This document shows positions 25,807 through 39,528 of a stretch of DNA of 64,000 bases, piece after piece; the stretch's first letter is position 1; the number at the start of each line of letters is the position of its first letter. Below the pieces are notes generated by a model that was not told the DNA's origin, did not search any database, and was given only the letters and a program-made list of their open reading frames with translations. The stretch spans positions 280,918 to 344,917 of the forward strand of contig NMRA01000369.1 of NCBI GenBank assembly GCA_002633005.1, read 5' to 3'. The position numbers and the translations under genes were made by a program. Source of the stretch: Phoronis australis. Taxonomy: Eukaryota; Animalia; Phoronida.

Positions 25807-28800
25807 TCAGCCTGTCACAATTTTCCAACGTTCACGTTGACAACCCGATATAACGGACCAATCCAGATAAACGCCGGAGCAGGTAGTTGGACTAACTTTA
25901 GTTGCTGAGCTTGACAGCCCAAGCCACTTCCCGTCAAATATATAGTGAATAAACACGTAGTCATCTTCCCTGATATATTCTCCTCGACATGAATGCCTTG
26001 TGTCAGTAGAGCATTGGCTCTTTCGATCAGGAGAGAAGATTTTGAATTGCTCGCCAACGCAATCAGAAGTTGGAACACGGTTTCCGGGACACGTGGAGCG
26101 CCCACACTGTGAATCACTGAAAAAATGTTGCCAGCAGCTTATCCAATTGTCGCGATGAATGTTATACTGAATGCCAATTTCGTCACCATGTCGTAGAATC
26201 GTACCTACATCTCGAGACAAACTAATAATCCGAAACTTTTCCCCTGTGCAATCGCTCCATCGTCGGCCATATACGTCACACGAAGACAGATAACACGTCC
26301 AGTGCCAGCATCCCAACCATTTGCCTGCAAAATCATTTCTCAAAGCAACGATGTCACCAGATCGCAGTGCCCCGGGACATTGCGAGTGGCTTTCGTCGGC
26401 ATTGTCACCGCAGTCATCATCGCCATTGCAAAGATAGGCACGAGGTATACATTTTCCCGTGGGACATTTGAACTTGTCGTTAGCCGAGCAGCAGCCGCAG
26501 CAATATTTCATGTTACACTGCCGTTGTTCTTGTCTAGGAGTGTTGTTATTATCTTTCAAACAGTCTTCAATGCTTGTCGTTCCTTTGCAGGTTCTCCGAC
26601 GCGTTTGAAGACCACCACCGCAAGATCTAGAGCAACTTCCCCAACTGCCCCAAGCGCTCCATTGATAACGACATTTCCCCTCGGGTACCCAACGTAAAGA
26701 AGTGCCATTAGTTTTGCATACATAAGCAATAGACTCTGGCATGCGTTGCTGAGTACAAATCTTTGTAACCTTCATTCCTTCATAACTAAGAAGATCTTTA
26801 CAAAACCTTCCACCAGTGACTTCGCTCAGTTTAAGTTTGCCACAACTGTGCATCCCCCAATAATCTTGATACTGAATTTGTCGGAATTCAAATTCTGTTT
26901 TCAGTCTCTTTGCTTCATCCAAGAACCCGTCACGCTGTTTCTGGGATTTCCCATACTTTTTAATCAGCCACTCCCTATAGAAGATCAAAACTTCACCCAA
27001 AGATTGATCAAGTAGGGCCAGACCCCGCATCAATCCCGAAACAGCATTGTTATATTCCTCGCTGCAGCCACTCTGTGGATTCTTAGCCAACCATTGCTTT
27101 TTAAAACTGTTGTAGAAATCGTCCCCAGGTGAGCTTAGAAGGCCCTTGGCGAGAATCATGTTATACAGACTTGCCTTCAACTCAAGCTCAGACACAGTTA
27201 ACATATGTTTTGTAACTGCGTCTCCAAAGGTATCAAAATGTGTATCGCCGTTTTTCATTCTAATATAGATATCAACGAGAAGTTCAACATCTTTTATCAC
27301 TTCCCAATGCTTCATTACATTTTGAGAGTGATCAAATAGAGAAATCATGTCTCTCCTCAGGGAGTCAATCTGAGTTGAAAGGTTCCGAATTTCAAAGTAC
27401 GTGTCGACTACCGTTGGCACGTTCAAAACGTATTTAATACTTTCTCTCATACTTGCAATCAACTCTAGAACCGAGTCATCTGGATTGACGGTTACATCAC
27501 ACGAATCACCTTCAACAAATTCGTTGCATTTGCAGAGAAACGTATTTGTGTGAGGGACTGAACTGCACAATCCGTTGTCATTGCATTTTTCGAAACCTAC
27601 GCATGGATCGAGGCTTGCTCGTGTTCCAGCTGCAATGAAGTCGTGCTTGTATTCGTGTCCTGGTAAAGTGTCACATCTTTGTTTGGTAAGAAATGTCTCT
27701 TCCGAAGCTTTTATATATCTACCCATTCTGCAATCGTCACAACGTGAGAATCTTACCAAGGTCTGGGTCGTTGGTAAGTCACTGCAACTTGGATATGAGT
27801 TCACGTCATCGTACACAACAACGAGCATTCTCTTAACGCCGTCTTCCGCGGTAAAGTATGTTTCACCTCTCTCGTGTAGGTGACTTCGATCGTCTTTGTC
27901 TATCGACGCCACTGCCCATGAGCACCATGGATACCTAAAAGTTTCAACAGGAGTTGTTGAGCACAAACGTTGCACAGCCCCATGATAAAGGGAATCAACG
28001 CCAAAGATGAGATGAGAAAAGGTTTGCAAAACTTGCAAGGGTTTCACACCGTGCTCCAAAAGGGGAAGACGCGCATCACCAAGATTTTTAAGTTCTGTTT
28101 ACATTTCAAAATACTTTCATCATTAATCCGGGGCGATGTACGTAAACGTCAGGGTGGTGGTGCCAACATAGCTATGCCTCTTTGAAGGCAAGGCAAGTTT
28201 GTGTGGTTGTGTCTGCTTTTTAATCAACAATGAATTTATTCTACCACTGTCGCGATTTCAATTTAACTTGACACATCTTCATGAAAAGTGTAAAACTCTT
28301 TTGACGAATTTCGGAAAACGTGAGGAAGTTCTAATTCAATTGTGCAAACTGCAAAACTAAGAAGATTTAAACGAGGATCCATTGTATTTCATGCTCTTGA
28401 ATAGATACTACAGATATGTCGTCTTACCTCTCCGCCAAGTGGCTGTACACGGCTTCAACAACTGTTTCGTCAGGGTTGTTCCTCATGGATTTCAATAGCT
28501 TGAGTACGTCGTCCTGGGCAAATTGACGTGTATTTCCCATGCATTGCACGACTTTTCCCTTATACACTAGACGGATTCTGTACATGGTTCGAGCCATGTC
28601 TGTGAAGCTCTTAGCAGCTCTGTCGTCGTCTCCTTTAAACAGGTGATACGCCAGCACTTGCTGGGCAGCGAGCCCTGCCAAGCGCTTGACTTGAATCATA
28701 AGCATTGACAGTTTGTAGACATCGCATCCCTTTTCTTCAATGAGTCTGAAATACAAAGGCAACAGATATTTAAAAGAGGTAAAATAATAGGAAGACGGAC

Positions 28801-29895
28801 GGGAGTGAGAAAATGGACTGTCATGTTGCAAGATTATTCATGGTTGAAATTCAAGATGGTTCCCAAGACTGAGGTAAGGTGAATTTTAATCAGATTGCAT
28901 TTGCACATAAAACAAATTTAATTACTTGTCATTTATATTTCAGCAATTTGTTCACGATATAGAGAGACCGGTGATCTTTTACAGTTACAAATAATTCTGA
29001 ATCAGGCATGTTTTGGAGGATAGTTGCAGGGAAAATTACAAGTAGAAAATTTCTGTGTCCATGTGGTCCTTGAATCAAAATATAAAAACGTGTTTCATAA
29101 TTAGACTTTGTCCGCCCAGAAAGTACCAACTCATTAAATATTGAGGTCAGAAACATGAACTAGAAAGCGAAATTTAGCAAACAATTAAAAAATATTGCCA
29201 CCTTAAGTGTCACTCGTTTTTTCTCAATTCCAAAACATTTGAATATCTTACCTGTCAAAAATGTTGTTTTGTGTTTCAGTCTCTTGACGCGTGGACATCC
29301 GTATCAAACTGTCAATGAGCAAATCGATGTTATTCCTGTCATAATGGTTCACGTATTCCTCTTTTAACTTCAAAACTTCCCTCTGGGATTTTTTGGTCAC
29401 CATATATTGCAAGATTTGCTTGAGTTTCTTGTCACCGTTTTCCACTGCGTTTTCAACTTCATTAAAACCGGATAGCATTTGATGGAAAATAAAAGCATTT
29501 TTCAGATCGTCAAGTTTTTCGTTGATTAAGTTAACACCATGCATCAATTCTTCGAGTTGTTCTTAAACGCGAGATTGTGAGTTCTCGAACAAGCCTATAA
29601 TTTCATAAATGACAGTAAAAATGTTAAAGAAACCTAAATAGCTGGCAATCGATGATGCTGCTCTCGTGACAACCTTTAGCACTGGAAAGACCATAGAGGG
29701 AGCTGTTGACTTAAAACGACGTGTGACTATAGCGGTATCCTTTTCTATGTCCGCAGCAAGCGGCTTAATGCGATGTATAAGAAATTCCATCTTTACCACA
29801 GCAACATCAGTAGAGTTTACCTTAGCGCTGGATGGCGGAATTCGAAATACCAAGGCCACCGCGGCCCACCAAATTAAACAAGCCACGGCTATCAT
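25807..29895 (-). pseudogene. SE-cephalotoxin-like secreted protein (signal peptide, helical N-terminal region, EGF, helical region, sushi-like, TSP1, LDLa, Cys/Trp-rich C-terminus). Exons: 29895-29252, 28745-28428, 27934-25807 (1030 codons). One in-frame TAA at 29563-29565.
   Basis: Signal peptide MIAVACLIWWAAVALVFRIPPSSA; [32 protein letters not shown]; TSP1 [25 protein letters not shown]; LDLa [28 protein letters not shown]. Both introns are phase 2 with gtaag donors. Size and domain order match SE-cephalotoxin as recalled. Pseudogene status rests on the single TAA. Confidence 0.8.
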
Positions 29896-32800
29896 TTGGA
29901 AAAGTCGAAGTGGAGATGTCTTCTTCAAGGATATCCCTACCAGTTCAGCGGTTGAAAAAGTGTGAAAGTTGTCAAGCTTGCTTAAAAGCGAAACACATGA
30001 AATTTATACACGGTACAGGCTAAATTCCAATTGGACACACGCGATCAGCATGTGGATTAAGTTACCTACTAGGGTTAGAGAGATAAACAAAACCTACTTG
30101 AATTTTTCTGCCAACGAGATAATTGCTTTCAGCTGCACGAGTGACTGAGTAAAACTATTTCTATTCATTATTGCAAACATAGTTCGTATATTTCTATAGT
30201 TCTCGAACACTTACTAAATGAAACTCACGTTGATAAAATTTTCCGTATGTGAACCTCCTTGTTTTCCTCAGATCCTGTGAATTTTTCAATATTAAATAAG
30301 TTGCTTTTACAGTTAGCCATCACCGTTACACCTCTTTATATTGATACGCACGTTGATGGCAATGGGCAAGTCGTGGAAACATGCGAGGTCCTATATTACA
30401 AGGCACTGTCACGGCCGAGACAAAATGTCACTGGGAACTAAGGGTGTTGGCAACACGCAATCAACTTTTACTTCATATAAACATGGTGTATGGATATGTG
30501 CAAAGAGAGTTCTTGTGTCAGAGGAGGTCATGCGAAACCGGGTCAAACGCAAATGATATAATATTGACCTAACCTTAAATCCTTTCTCGAATTGTGTTTG
30601 TATTTCGTGGATATATTCAATTAGCTGAGATGTGGTACTGGTATATTGAGTTATTAGGTGTGTGATGTGGTCGTAAATATTGTTGAATGTTAATTTTCAA
30701 ACATTTTAGAGCATGAAATCTATTTTAGAACAAGTGATTTTGTTCGAAATCGTTTTATTTGCGGGTATCGTTGTACCAATATACTATTCTAATTCTAATT
30801 GAAGGAGTTTTTATTCCTGTTCGTAAAACTTTATTGACCGCGGGAGAAACGTTTCATGTATAATCAGTTCCGTGACTTATGTTTTCATCATTTTTCTAAT
30901 ACATGTCCGAGTCTAGGAAAAAACGCCTAAGCGGTGAAACATTGCATTTTTATTGTTATTACGAAATAATTTGCCTTTTCCCTTAAGGAAGGTAATTTTC
31001 ACTTGACAAATGTGCGCCTATTGACATGATAGCAAAATGTTGCTAAAATAAATGTCATCACTAAAAACAGAATCTAACAACTTATGGGACAAGCACTGGG
31101 TCTTAGATACTGAATATCAGGCGGGGTTCGCAGAGCTTAAGAGGATCTCGACACCTCCGCTGGGGACATCATATCGAACGTTGGAAACTAAGTGGTAATG
31201 AGCATATCAAATGCCACTCGGTATGTAAAGTCTTATTTATAGGAGAGGCACTGTCAGTAATGCCAAGAGTGTTAATTATAATCCATGTATCCTCCATCTC
31301 TTAAAATTCTCCTCCGAGTAGTACTGTTCCTCTGTAGCCTTTTAAGGTAGGAATGAATAAATAGGCATATTCTTAATATTAAAATAAGAAATCCAAAAAG
31401 TATGGTAAATAACCACAGACACAGAAGTGACGGCAGTGGTGATATTGGGGATTTGACTCCAGTTCTATTCAAAGAAGTGTATCTGAATTAAAACCATAGG
31501 CCTAATTTTGCAACTAATTACTGGGACACAATACGGACGGGCCTAGATCTTAATTAGCCCAATGTGGTGAATTTGCTGTCAGCAAGTGTTAAAATCATTG
31601 TACCTACTTTATTTCTCTGAAGAATCGATTAAATTTATCACCTTACAGGTCCAAACTCTCCACGATCGAACTCAGAAAAATTGCTGAATGCCGTATTCAG
31701 CCACATTCAAAATTTTTATAAAACAATAATTGTGCCCTTTTATTTGAAAATACAATGTATCTGTAGGTGCTTTGCATCAAAGTTTATTTTCTTTTATTGG
31801 AGTAAAAGTGATAATCTTATAGGTATAAGTTACCAGTGCAGAAACTGTGTAGATCCGACGAAGTCACAGGCTACATGTAATTTTTAAACCCCACCTGCTG
31901 TCTGGTGTCACGTAAAACAATTGAGCGTGCCGTTATCGAGCGGAATTGGTGGGTCTAAGTTGATGCAAAAACATCGTTTTGGGTAGCATACACCTTTCAT
32001 GACGGTCGAACCAGTCTAATCTAATCAGCGTAGATTTCTTTTAAGATGGGTAATGAAAAGCTAAATTGGCGCCGATCAGGAATTTATGCCATAGAACCTT
32101 TCAGTTTATGCTCAAGTCTTTAGGGCGGACGGACGGATTTGAGAATGTGTAGTTTCCCTAATTAGTGTTTCTCAAATATTTATTGAATTACCAAACACAC
32201 ATACAAAACAAAGGGGAAGTTATATACGTGCGCGCTCGCGTGCACACACATGCACACGCGCACCTACACGCACGCACATATTCAAACATGGAAATGTGCT
32301 TGGCCAGTGTGGTTACCAGAGAAATTATGAAAAAAATTTTTCAGTGTTTGTTACATTGTCCCAAGATAAAATTTCTCGGAAAGAATCAATTCTGACACAT
32401 AAATTATGTCTCAGTAGCCAATAATTCAAACGCACAGGGTATTGCATTTCATTTTGCTTGCTGCATGCTTTATTTTTTTAATTAAAAATAGCCAATTTAA
32501 AACCTTATCACTTGTTTCATATATTTTCCCAATATTAAACCTTTGGTGACCACATGGTTTTCTAATTCTAGCAGAAACGTTTGATTTTTACATAGTCATA
32601 ACAAATATATTCTGAGGCACCAGATTCAAGTTTACAACAGAAACACATGTCAGAGTATTTTAACTTTAGTCCTTACAACTATTAGTTACAAGAGTTCTAC
32701 ATATAGCCTAAAATTTTACATTGCAAACATATCAGGAAATGTCTTAGGCACATTAATATGAGATGTCTTGGCACATTAAAAGGTAGAGTAGAATACTTTC

Positions 32801-33090
32801 CATGTTATCAAAAGCAAACTTGAAATTAACTATTGGGCACAGCATCATACGGATTTCCACTTAACAAATCGCAAATGGTTACACGGAATGACCCAAACTG
32901 TTTAATATATCACAAAGAATTAACGTCATCAGTGGACGGATCACCTTATTCAATGTATGTAATAGTACAAAGTTAATATTAGACCGATTCAGTTTGCAGC
33001 AAAACTCTACTCATAGGACCAGGGCAAAAACCTTTCAATTTCGCAGTGCGAGTAAAATCTATTGATACATTAGATCATGAATATGTAGTG

Positions 33091-33524
33091 TCCGGTTGCA
33101 TGAAACAGTAACTGTCCCAAATATGAACTTAACCAAGTTCCCTAAATCTACCGCGTATTTGAGTCTTTGTTTACCTACCGACATAATTTTTTTCTGTCAT
33201 TTCATCTCTGTTATGAGTTTCTCGTTGTCTCATGTCATTTTCTAATCACTGCAATATACATGTAACTAAAACCTTAGTGCTGAGTTTAATGAAAGTAAAT
33301 AGGGACTTAGTCCTTAAATTCAGGGCGTTGCATGAAAAGTTCGATAATATTGAGATTTCGACGTAGAGTTCTCTCTCGATTTGTATTAAAGCCAAAAATT
33401 GACTTAGTAGTGAAACCACAACAGTATGAGAAATGACAATCAGCGTTTTCAAAAGTCCGCAAATACGAAATAGATTTAGGGAACTTACTTGAATTGCTAT
33501 TTGGTATTGTTTCATGCAACCAGG
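33091..33524. mobile_element. MITE (Harbinger-like), copy 1
   Basis: Inverted ends ggttgcatgaaaca...ccctaaatcta and tagatttaggg...tgtttcatgcaacc; homologous to 39098-39528. Confidence 0.75.
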
Positions 33525-34041
33525 CACAGAAGCCCATTTTCAGCATAATACAGTACACACGAAATACGTTATTCTCCCAACTGTTTTCTCATTGCTATAC
33601 CGCACACTTGCGCACTACACATTTTTGTAGGCCTATATTTAGTTCTGCCAAAACTGCATCGCTTTTTGAAGATGCTTATCACTTCTTAAAAACAAGAGAA
33701 AATGAGACGCCCACGCCCGGACGCACCATTTTGCAAAACTTTTCCTTTTAAATCCTCACAAATGCATTCATTCATGCCATTTTTAACGCAGTGACTTGTC
33801 AATTCTCATATACGGCCACTGCTTAAAAGCAGTTTCCATCATGGTCACATGCGCTTAAATGCATCTGGGAATGAGTTGTATCTCTTGTTGTAACTTAAGA
33901 ATGATGTCTGAGAACGTTTAATCGAAACTGACAAACTTCAACTTGAAATTTATCTTACAAATCATGTGCAGACTTAGTAGTTCGATTCTCCTCTTTCTCA
34001 AGTGCCCTGTCGGTAGGCGTTGGCGACTATGGTTCTCCATC

Positions 34042-34097
34042 TGTCTCTCTCTCTCTCTCTCTCTCCCTCTCCCTCTCCCTCTCCCTCTCCCTCTCCC
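34042..34097. repeat. (CT)n/(CTCCCT)n microsatellite
   Basis: Read directly; ends at an N. Confidence 0.95.
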
Positions 34098-37000
34098 TCT
34101 CCCTCTCTCTCTCTCTNCTTCAGAGTTCATTGTCCGTGTTTCACAGGCATAAAGTAGTCTTGGTTCTATATAGCATTGGTATACTCTTTTCCGTAGGTTG
34201 GTGGGTATATGGTTGTTTGCGGAAAGGTGATTTATACTTTGGAAGGCTTATTTTGTTCGATTCTATCAGACGCAAAAAAGCGAAACTTCAAAAATGAAAA
34301 CATAATGGCGAGAACTCTAATAAATCAGCCGCAATCGATCTCACACTCTGAAAATAAACATTGTTTTTCTTGATCATCAGCCAATGTAAGTCTGTAATAA
34401 AAATTTCAATTACCGAGTAAGTCATGATAGACTCGAACATTTGTCGGAAATTTCACGAAACAACGTGCTATTGTAGCCCCGTGATCCAGTCTACCGGCAT
34501 CTCATTTCATGAAGTCACATTTCATGCCTATGCTGAATGTTTCAAAGCCGTGTTTTGTGGCGCAGTGAGGTGTAAGAAACAAACCTGACCATTTAACAGA
34601 CCTATTACCAAATGTCCTGGTTGAAATTCGTGAATAGCCGCCACTGCGTGTTCAAAACAAGCATCCGCAACTTCAACAGGACGCTGAAAATCGCTGACGT
34701 CCCACAGTTTTACCACCTTGTTGTACGACCCTGTCATTACATAGCCGCATTCCATGGTGCACGCTGATAGCATAGCTCGGGTGGAACCGGCGTCTAACGT
34801 ACATAAAGTCTCACCGGTTGTGGTGTCCCAAAGTTTAGCTTTGCAATGGATTGTGTTTGAAACGATACATGAAGAACGGACAATGCAACTGACTGGGCCA
34901 AAATGTTTTTGATAACTGAATCCTTTAGAAAGAATTTCTCCTGAATCGATATCTATTTCGACATAGGCTTCTCTTGCAAAGGCGCAAGCAATTGTGTTGT
35001 TAACTCTAAAGTACATTTGTATAAAGTGAAAGAACTCCTTCGTTGACAAAGTAGCCAGTAGGTCGCCAGTTTCTACTGAATGCACCTCAATGACGTGCTC
35101 AAATCCACCAACTGCATATCGCTTTTCTTGATCGTCTATAGTGAGGCAAAGCACTCCATATTGCAACCCAGTGTTATCAACTCTGATGAGCGAACCCTTC
35201 ATTACATCAAAAAGGCAAACAGTCTTGTCCAATGAGCAAGACAACAATTTTGAACCGTTCGCAATAAAAAATAATGTGGGTATTCTGTCGGTGTGCTTAT
35301 TTAAAGACATCAAATTCGTCTTTGCACAAAGGTCCCATATCTCAATGTTTGCGTTTTCCTCATCTCCTCCAGAGGCTGCGCACAGACACTGCTTATCACT
35401 TTCAAACATATCGAGGCTATCAATGTCAGAAGAGAAAGATGTCAGAAGAACGCCTTTGGGTTTTGATAAGAAAACATCAGTGTTGTCTTCATACAACCAT
35501 ATGTCTCCGCAAGCATGACCAGCAATACAACGTTGACGAGATGGTGACACTTAAATGGCAGTCACTTTAGAACGCGTCTGCAGTGATGTCAAGATCTCAG
35601 AAAAGGTTACTGGTTGTGTCTCTCTATAGACACAACCAATGTTCCCAGACAAAGAACCTGTCCAAATGACCTCATCATTTTCTGCGTAAACAGCTGTGAC
35701 AAGATCACCCACGGATTTGTGCGGGGTTTCTACACGAAATTCGATAACTTGAGCAACATTCGTCATTATAACTTTGTTTACGTCCCCAACACTACTGATG
35801 AATCCAAATATATTTCTCCTGGGAACACAAGCCATACTGAACTGCTCCTTAGCATACGAGAATACTGGATCAATGGTGGTCGAGTCCGCCATTCCCCAAT
35901 TTTGTCCCTCTGATAGTTTCCACGACAATACAGAACAATCAAACTCACCAATTAGCTCAGAATCAGATACATTCAGCCCATGCACATTTGACTGTCGGTG
36001 ACAAAAGAGTTTTTTAATCGCAGTATGCGTTGTCATATCGTGAACAACGATTACATTGTCATATGATCCACTAAACAAGAATCGGCCATCGTTAGTGGTA
36101 CACAATGCAGTTACTCCGTAAATGTGAGAGTCTTGGATAACGTGTTCTGGTTCACGGTGTATCGGAGACAGCCGCCAGACGCATATGAGGTGATCATCGC
36201 CACCAGTAATGGCCATTATACTGTTAGGATCATCAATGTGACAAGAAATAGTGACACAATTAACCCTGTCTCTGTGATATTGCAGTGTTGACAAAAGCGA
36301 CGTGTCGGTCCAACTCCAAACCTTCACCGTTGCGTCACTACTTGTCGAAACTATAAGGCGACCATCATTACACGACGCTAGGTCAGTCACTTCCAGATTG
36401 TGACGATTCAGCTGAGGGTCACATGTGTCATCAGATAAGTCTGAGTTCCAAAGAATAGCCGCTCCATCCTCGCCACCAGTGATTGCAAGCTTGTTGTCAT
36501 CACTGACACACAGCGCCCATACAGCCTGCCCGTGTCCGTAAAATGTTCTCACTAACTCACCAGAATTGATGTTCCAAAGGCGAGCAGTTTTATCTTTACT
36601 TCCTGAGAGAATATATTGACTATCAGCAGTGATAAAGCATCGTAACACATCAAGGCAGTGACCAGAGCATTTGACAAGCAATTTGCCTTCTGCATCCCAA
36701 ACCTTTATGAGAGAGTCAACTTTTCCACCAGTAACGATCTTTGATTTGTCTGGTGCCACGCGCACAGAAGATACAACTCCCTCATGGCCAGGCCAAGATA
36801 GTACTATTTTCTTACTCTCAACGTTCCAGATCTTGATAAATCCTCCATCTTCCCCAACGGAAACAATTTTGTTCCCAAGAAGTGCAAGGTCTCTGACACC
36901 ATTTGGATGAGCTGTGATAATCAAAAAGCATTGGGATGACTGAATATCCCAAACACGTATAGTCTCGTCTTCACTTCCTGATACAAATCTCTTTCCTCCG

Positions 37001-39097
37001 GGTTCAGTTGCCAAGCAGAACACAGAACTGGTATGCCCTTTGAAACGTCGAAATTCCAAAAGGGAACCATCACGAATAGGCCACAGATGTATGTTGCGAT
37101 CGAAAGAACCAGTAACAATGTAACCTTCACTTTCTTCCAGAGCCAAGGTGAACACAACACTTGTGTGCCTCTGGTCCTCGTTACCCATTATCTCAACATG
37201 GCCAGATTTCAAATGAAAGCAACGGAGCTGCTTGTCCGAAGAGCCCGTATAAAGTATTTGCCTGTCTCTTGAGAAGGCAGCACAAAAAACAGTGTACAAG
37301 TGACGGAAGGTCTGAATACGATAACCACCTGGAGGCGCGTGACACGGTGCATCAGGCATCAAAACAGGGCGTTTGTTTGTTGTAACAAACAACTGAATAC
37401 TATCTAGAAATTGTTTGACAATGTCCGAGTCATGCCCTTTGAGGCGCCCTACTAATTGCTGACAGAGCTGGTTTTTAGATGACAGGATATGACTAGACAA
37501 GACAAGAGACTTCAGCAGCAGACGATCATCCTCAGTCTCGGCTATTCCGCCACCAAGGTTATGTTTAATTTGACTTAAATACTTGAAGTCCAACAATAAT
37601 GCAGCTATATCAGTTTCTGTTAGTTTTCGTTCCAACCATTCAATAGTCCATAGAAGTTTCTTGAATTCAGCATATCTACCCGTTTCAAACAAATGGTGAG
37701 CCAGATGGTGATAGAAGTAGTCGTCACTTTCAATGGTCCACCACTTCCGTGAACCATGAACATCTACACCTATGTCTTTGGCGTAACAGCAAAGAAACTT
37801 CTCGTGAGCTTCCTTCAAACCATCGTTTTCGTCTTTGCACAGCTTGTACTTAACAAAATCAATAAGGAGATCATGGAGGCTGTACTGTTCATTACCTTCA
37901 ATCGAAACGGAACGAGTCAGAAACGACCGATCAGTAAGATCGCTTAGGTCTTCGTCCATTTGCCACCGATGTATTTCAGACGGATTGTCAATCTGACTTG
38001 TCCATAGTTTGAAAAGAACTCTCGCCGGGATATCAATGTCGTTTGGGAAAACAGCAAAATCAAGGAATCGCTTCTGAACCAAGTTCCAAGAAGATGGATC
38101 ATTCGGTGTTCGATTTCCCTGATTAAGTGCTTGAAAGGAAACTTCAAAAGCCTCGTAGATGTTTCTGTGGTTATACATATAGTCAGGAATATGCTTCTTG
38201 CCCTCCCAAAAGAATTTATTTACAGCGCCCAAACTCTCGAGGACGTGTTCCCAATCTTTTAACCTTGATTTGTTTTTCAAGCTGCTTCCAATCAAGACAA
38301 TTGCAAGAGGGAGACCTTGAAGAATATTCAGTATTTCGCTCATGACTTTCTGAACTTTTTCCACGACATCTTTCTGTAAATTGGCCGACCTGATAAGAAG
38401 AAGGCTTGCCATTTTTAAATCTAAAGGTTCGAGTTTGTGAATAGCAGCATCAAGGTCTGTTAGAACGCTTTGTGAGCGACTCGTCACAAGGATTTTACAC
38501 TTTTGTGAAATGGACTTAAAGGGATACGCGTCATCTAACAACCAAACATCATCCAAGACCAACAAAAACGGGTCACGGTTCTCTGAGTACCGTCTAAGCC
38601 AATCGGAAGCATGGTCTATGTCACTGAATTCTGTTGACTTACCCGTCAAATCCACGTGTACCTGCTGTATAAGCTGCACCACGTTCGATCGCTGGCCTAC
38701 AGTTAACCAGATAACATCAATGTATGCTTTCATATGAGCACAGATTTTTTGAGCGAGAGTAGTCTTACCCATTCCCCCAAAACCTTTTATACCCACAACG
38801 TCAGCTTCCTCCGAAAACACGTCTTCGTCATGGTTTCCACCGAAAATTCCAACAGTTTGTGTATCCCGCCGTTTAAGCATTTGAATAACCACTTGTTCAT
38901 CCTTGCTTCGCTCAACGTAAAAACGTGGAACACCCTTTACGCGATGTGCTTCTGGAATGTACACATCTTTGGTAGTGAATTAAAGCAATTTTGAATAAGT
39001 ACTCTATCCGACAGAAAAAAATGATTTAGAACACTTACAACAGCTAATAAAATTGGTATTAACTTGTTCCTTACTCAGATAAAAATTGATTTCTGTG

Positions 39098-39528
39098 GCT
39101 GGTTGTATGAAACAGTCCCAAATAGAGAATCAACTAAGGTCCCTAAGTCTTTTTGCACATTTGTGTCTTTATGGACGCACATATGCAATATTTTTCTATC
39201 ATTTCATCTTTATTATGAGCTCCTCTTTGATTAATGAATTTTTCTAATAATATAACTAAAAACTGAGCCCAGAGTTCATTGTAAATAAATAGGAACTCGG
39301 TCCGTAAATTGGGGGTGTTGCATGAAAAGATCCCTAATTATTTTCGAGAATATTAACAGTTTAACGTAGAGTTCACACTCGATTTGTATGAAAGTCAAAA
39401 GTTGACTTAGTAATGAAACTAAAACAATACAAGAAAGGGCAATTGATGATTTCACAAGTCCAAAAATACGCAGTAGATTTAGGGACCTTAGTTGAATCCC
39501 TATTTGGGACTGTTTCATGCAACAGGAC
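39098..39528. mobile_element. MITE (Harbinger-like), copy 2
   Basis: Ends ggttgtatgaaacagtcccaaatag and ctatttgggactgtttcatgcaac; internal sequence colinear with 33091-33524. Confidence 0.75.

Noticed and set aside
27935-28059. N-terminal 41 aa of the 750-aa ORF as a real protein start
   Set aside because: Intronic read-through. The acceptor ttttag at 27935-27936 joins in phase to the exon ending at 28428.
33918-34152. RG-repeat and LP-repeat ORFs
   Set aside because: Translations of the (CT)n/(CTCCCT)n microsatellite.
29563-35553. TAA reassigned to a sense codon, since two neighbouring genes each have one in-frame TAA
   Set aside because: Paralog B appears to end at TAA (52092-52094) and has no internal TAA in 1574 codons. 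Independent nonsense changes or consensus errors explain the two cases more simply.
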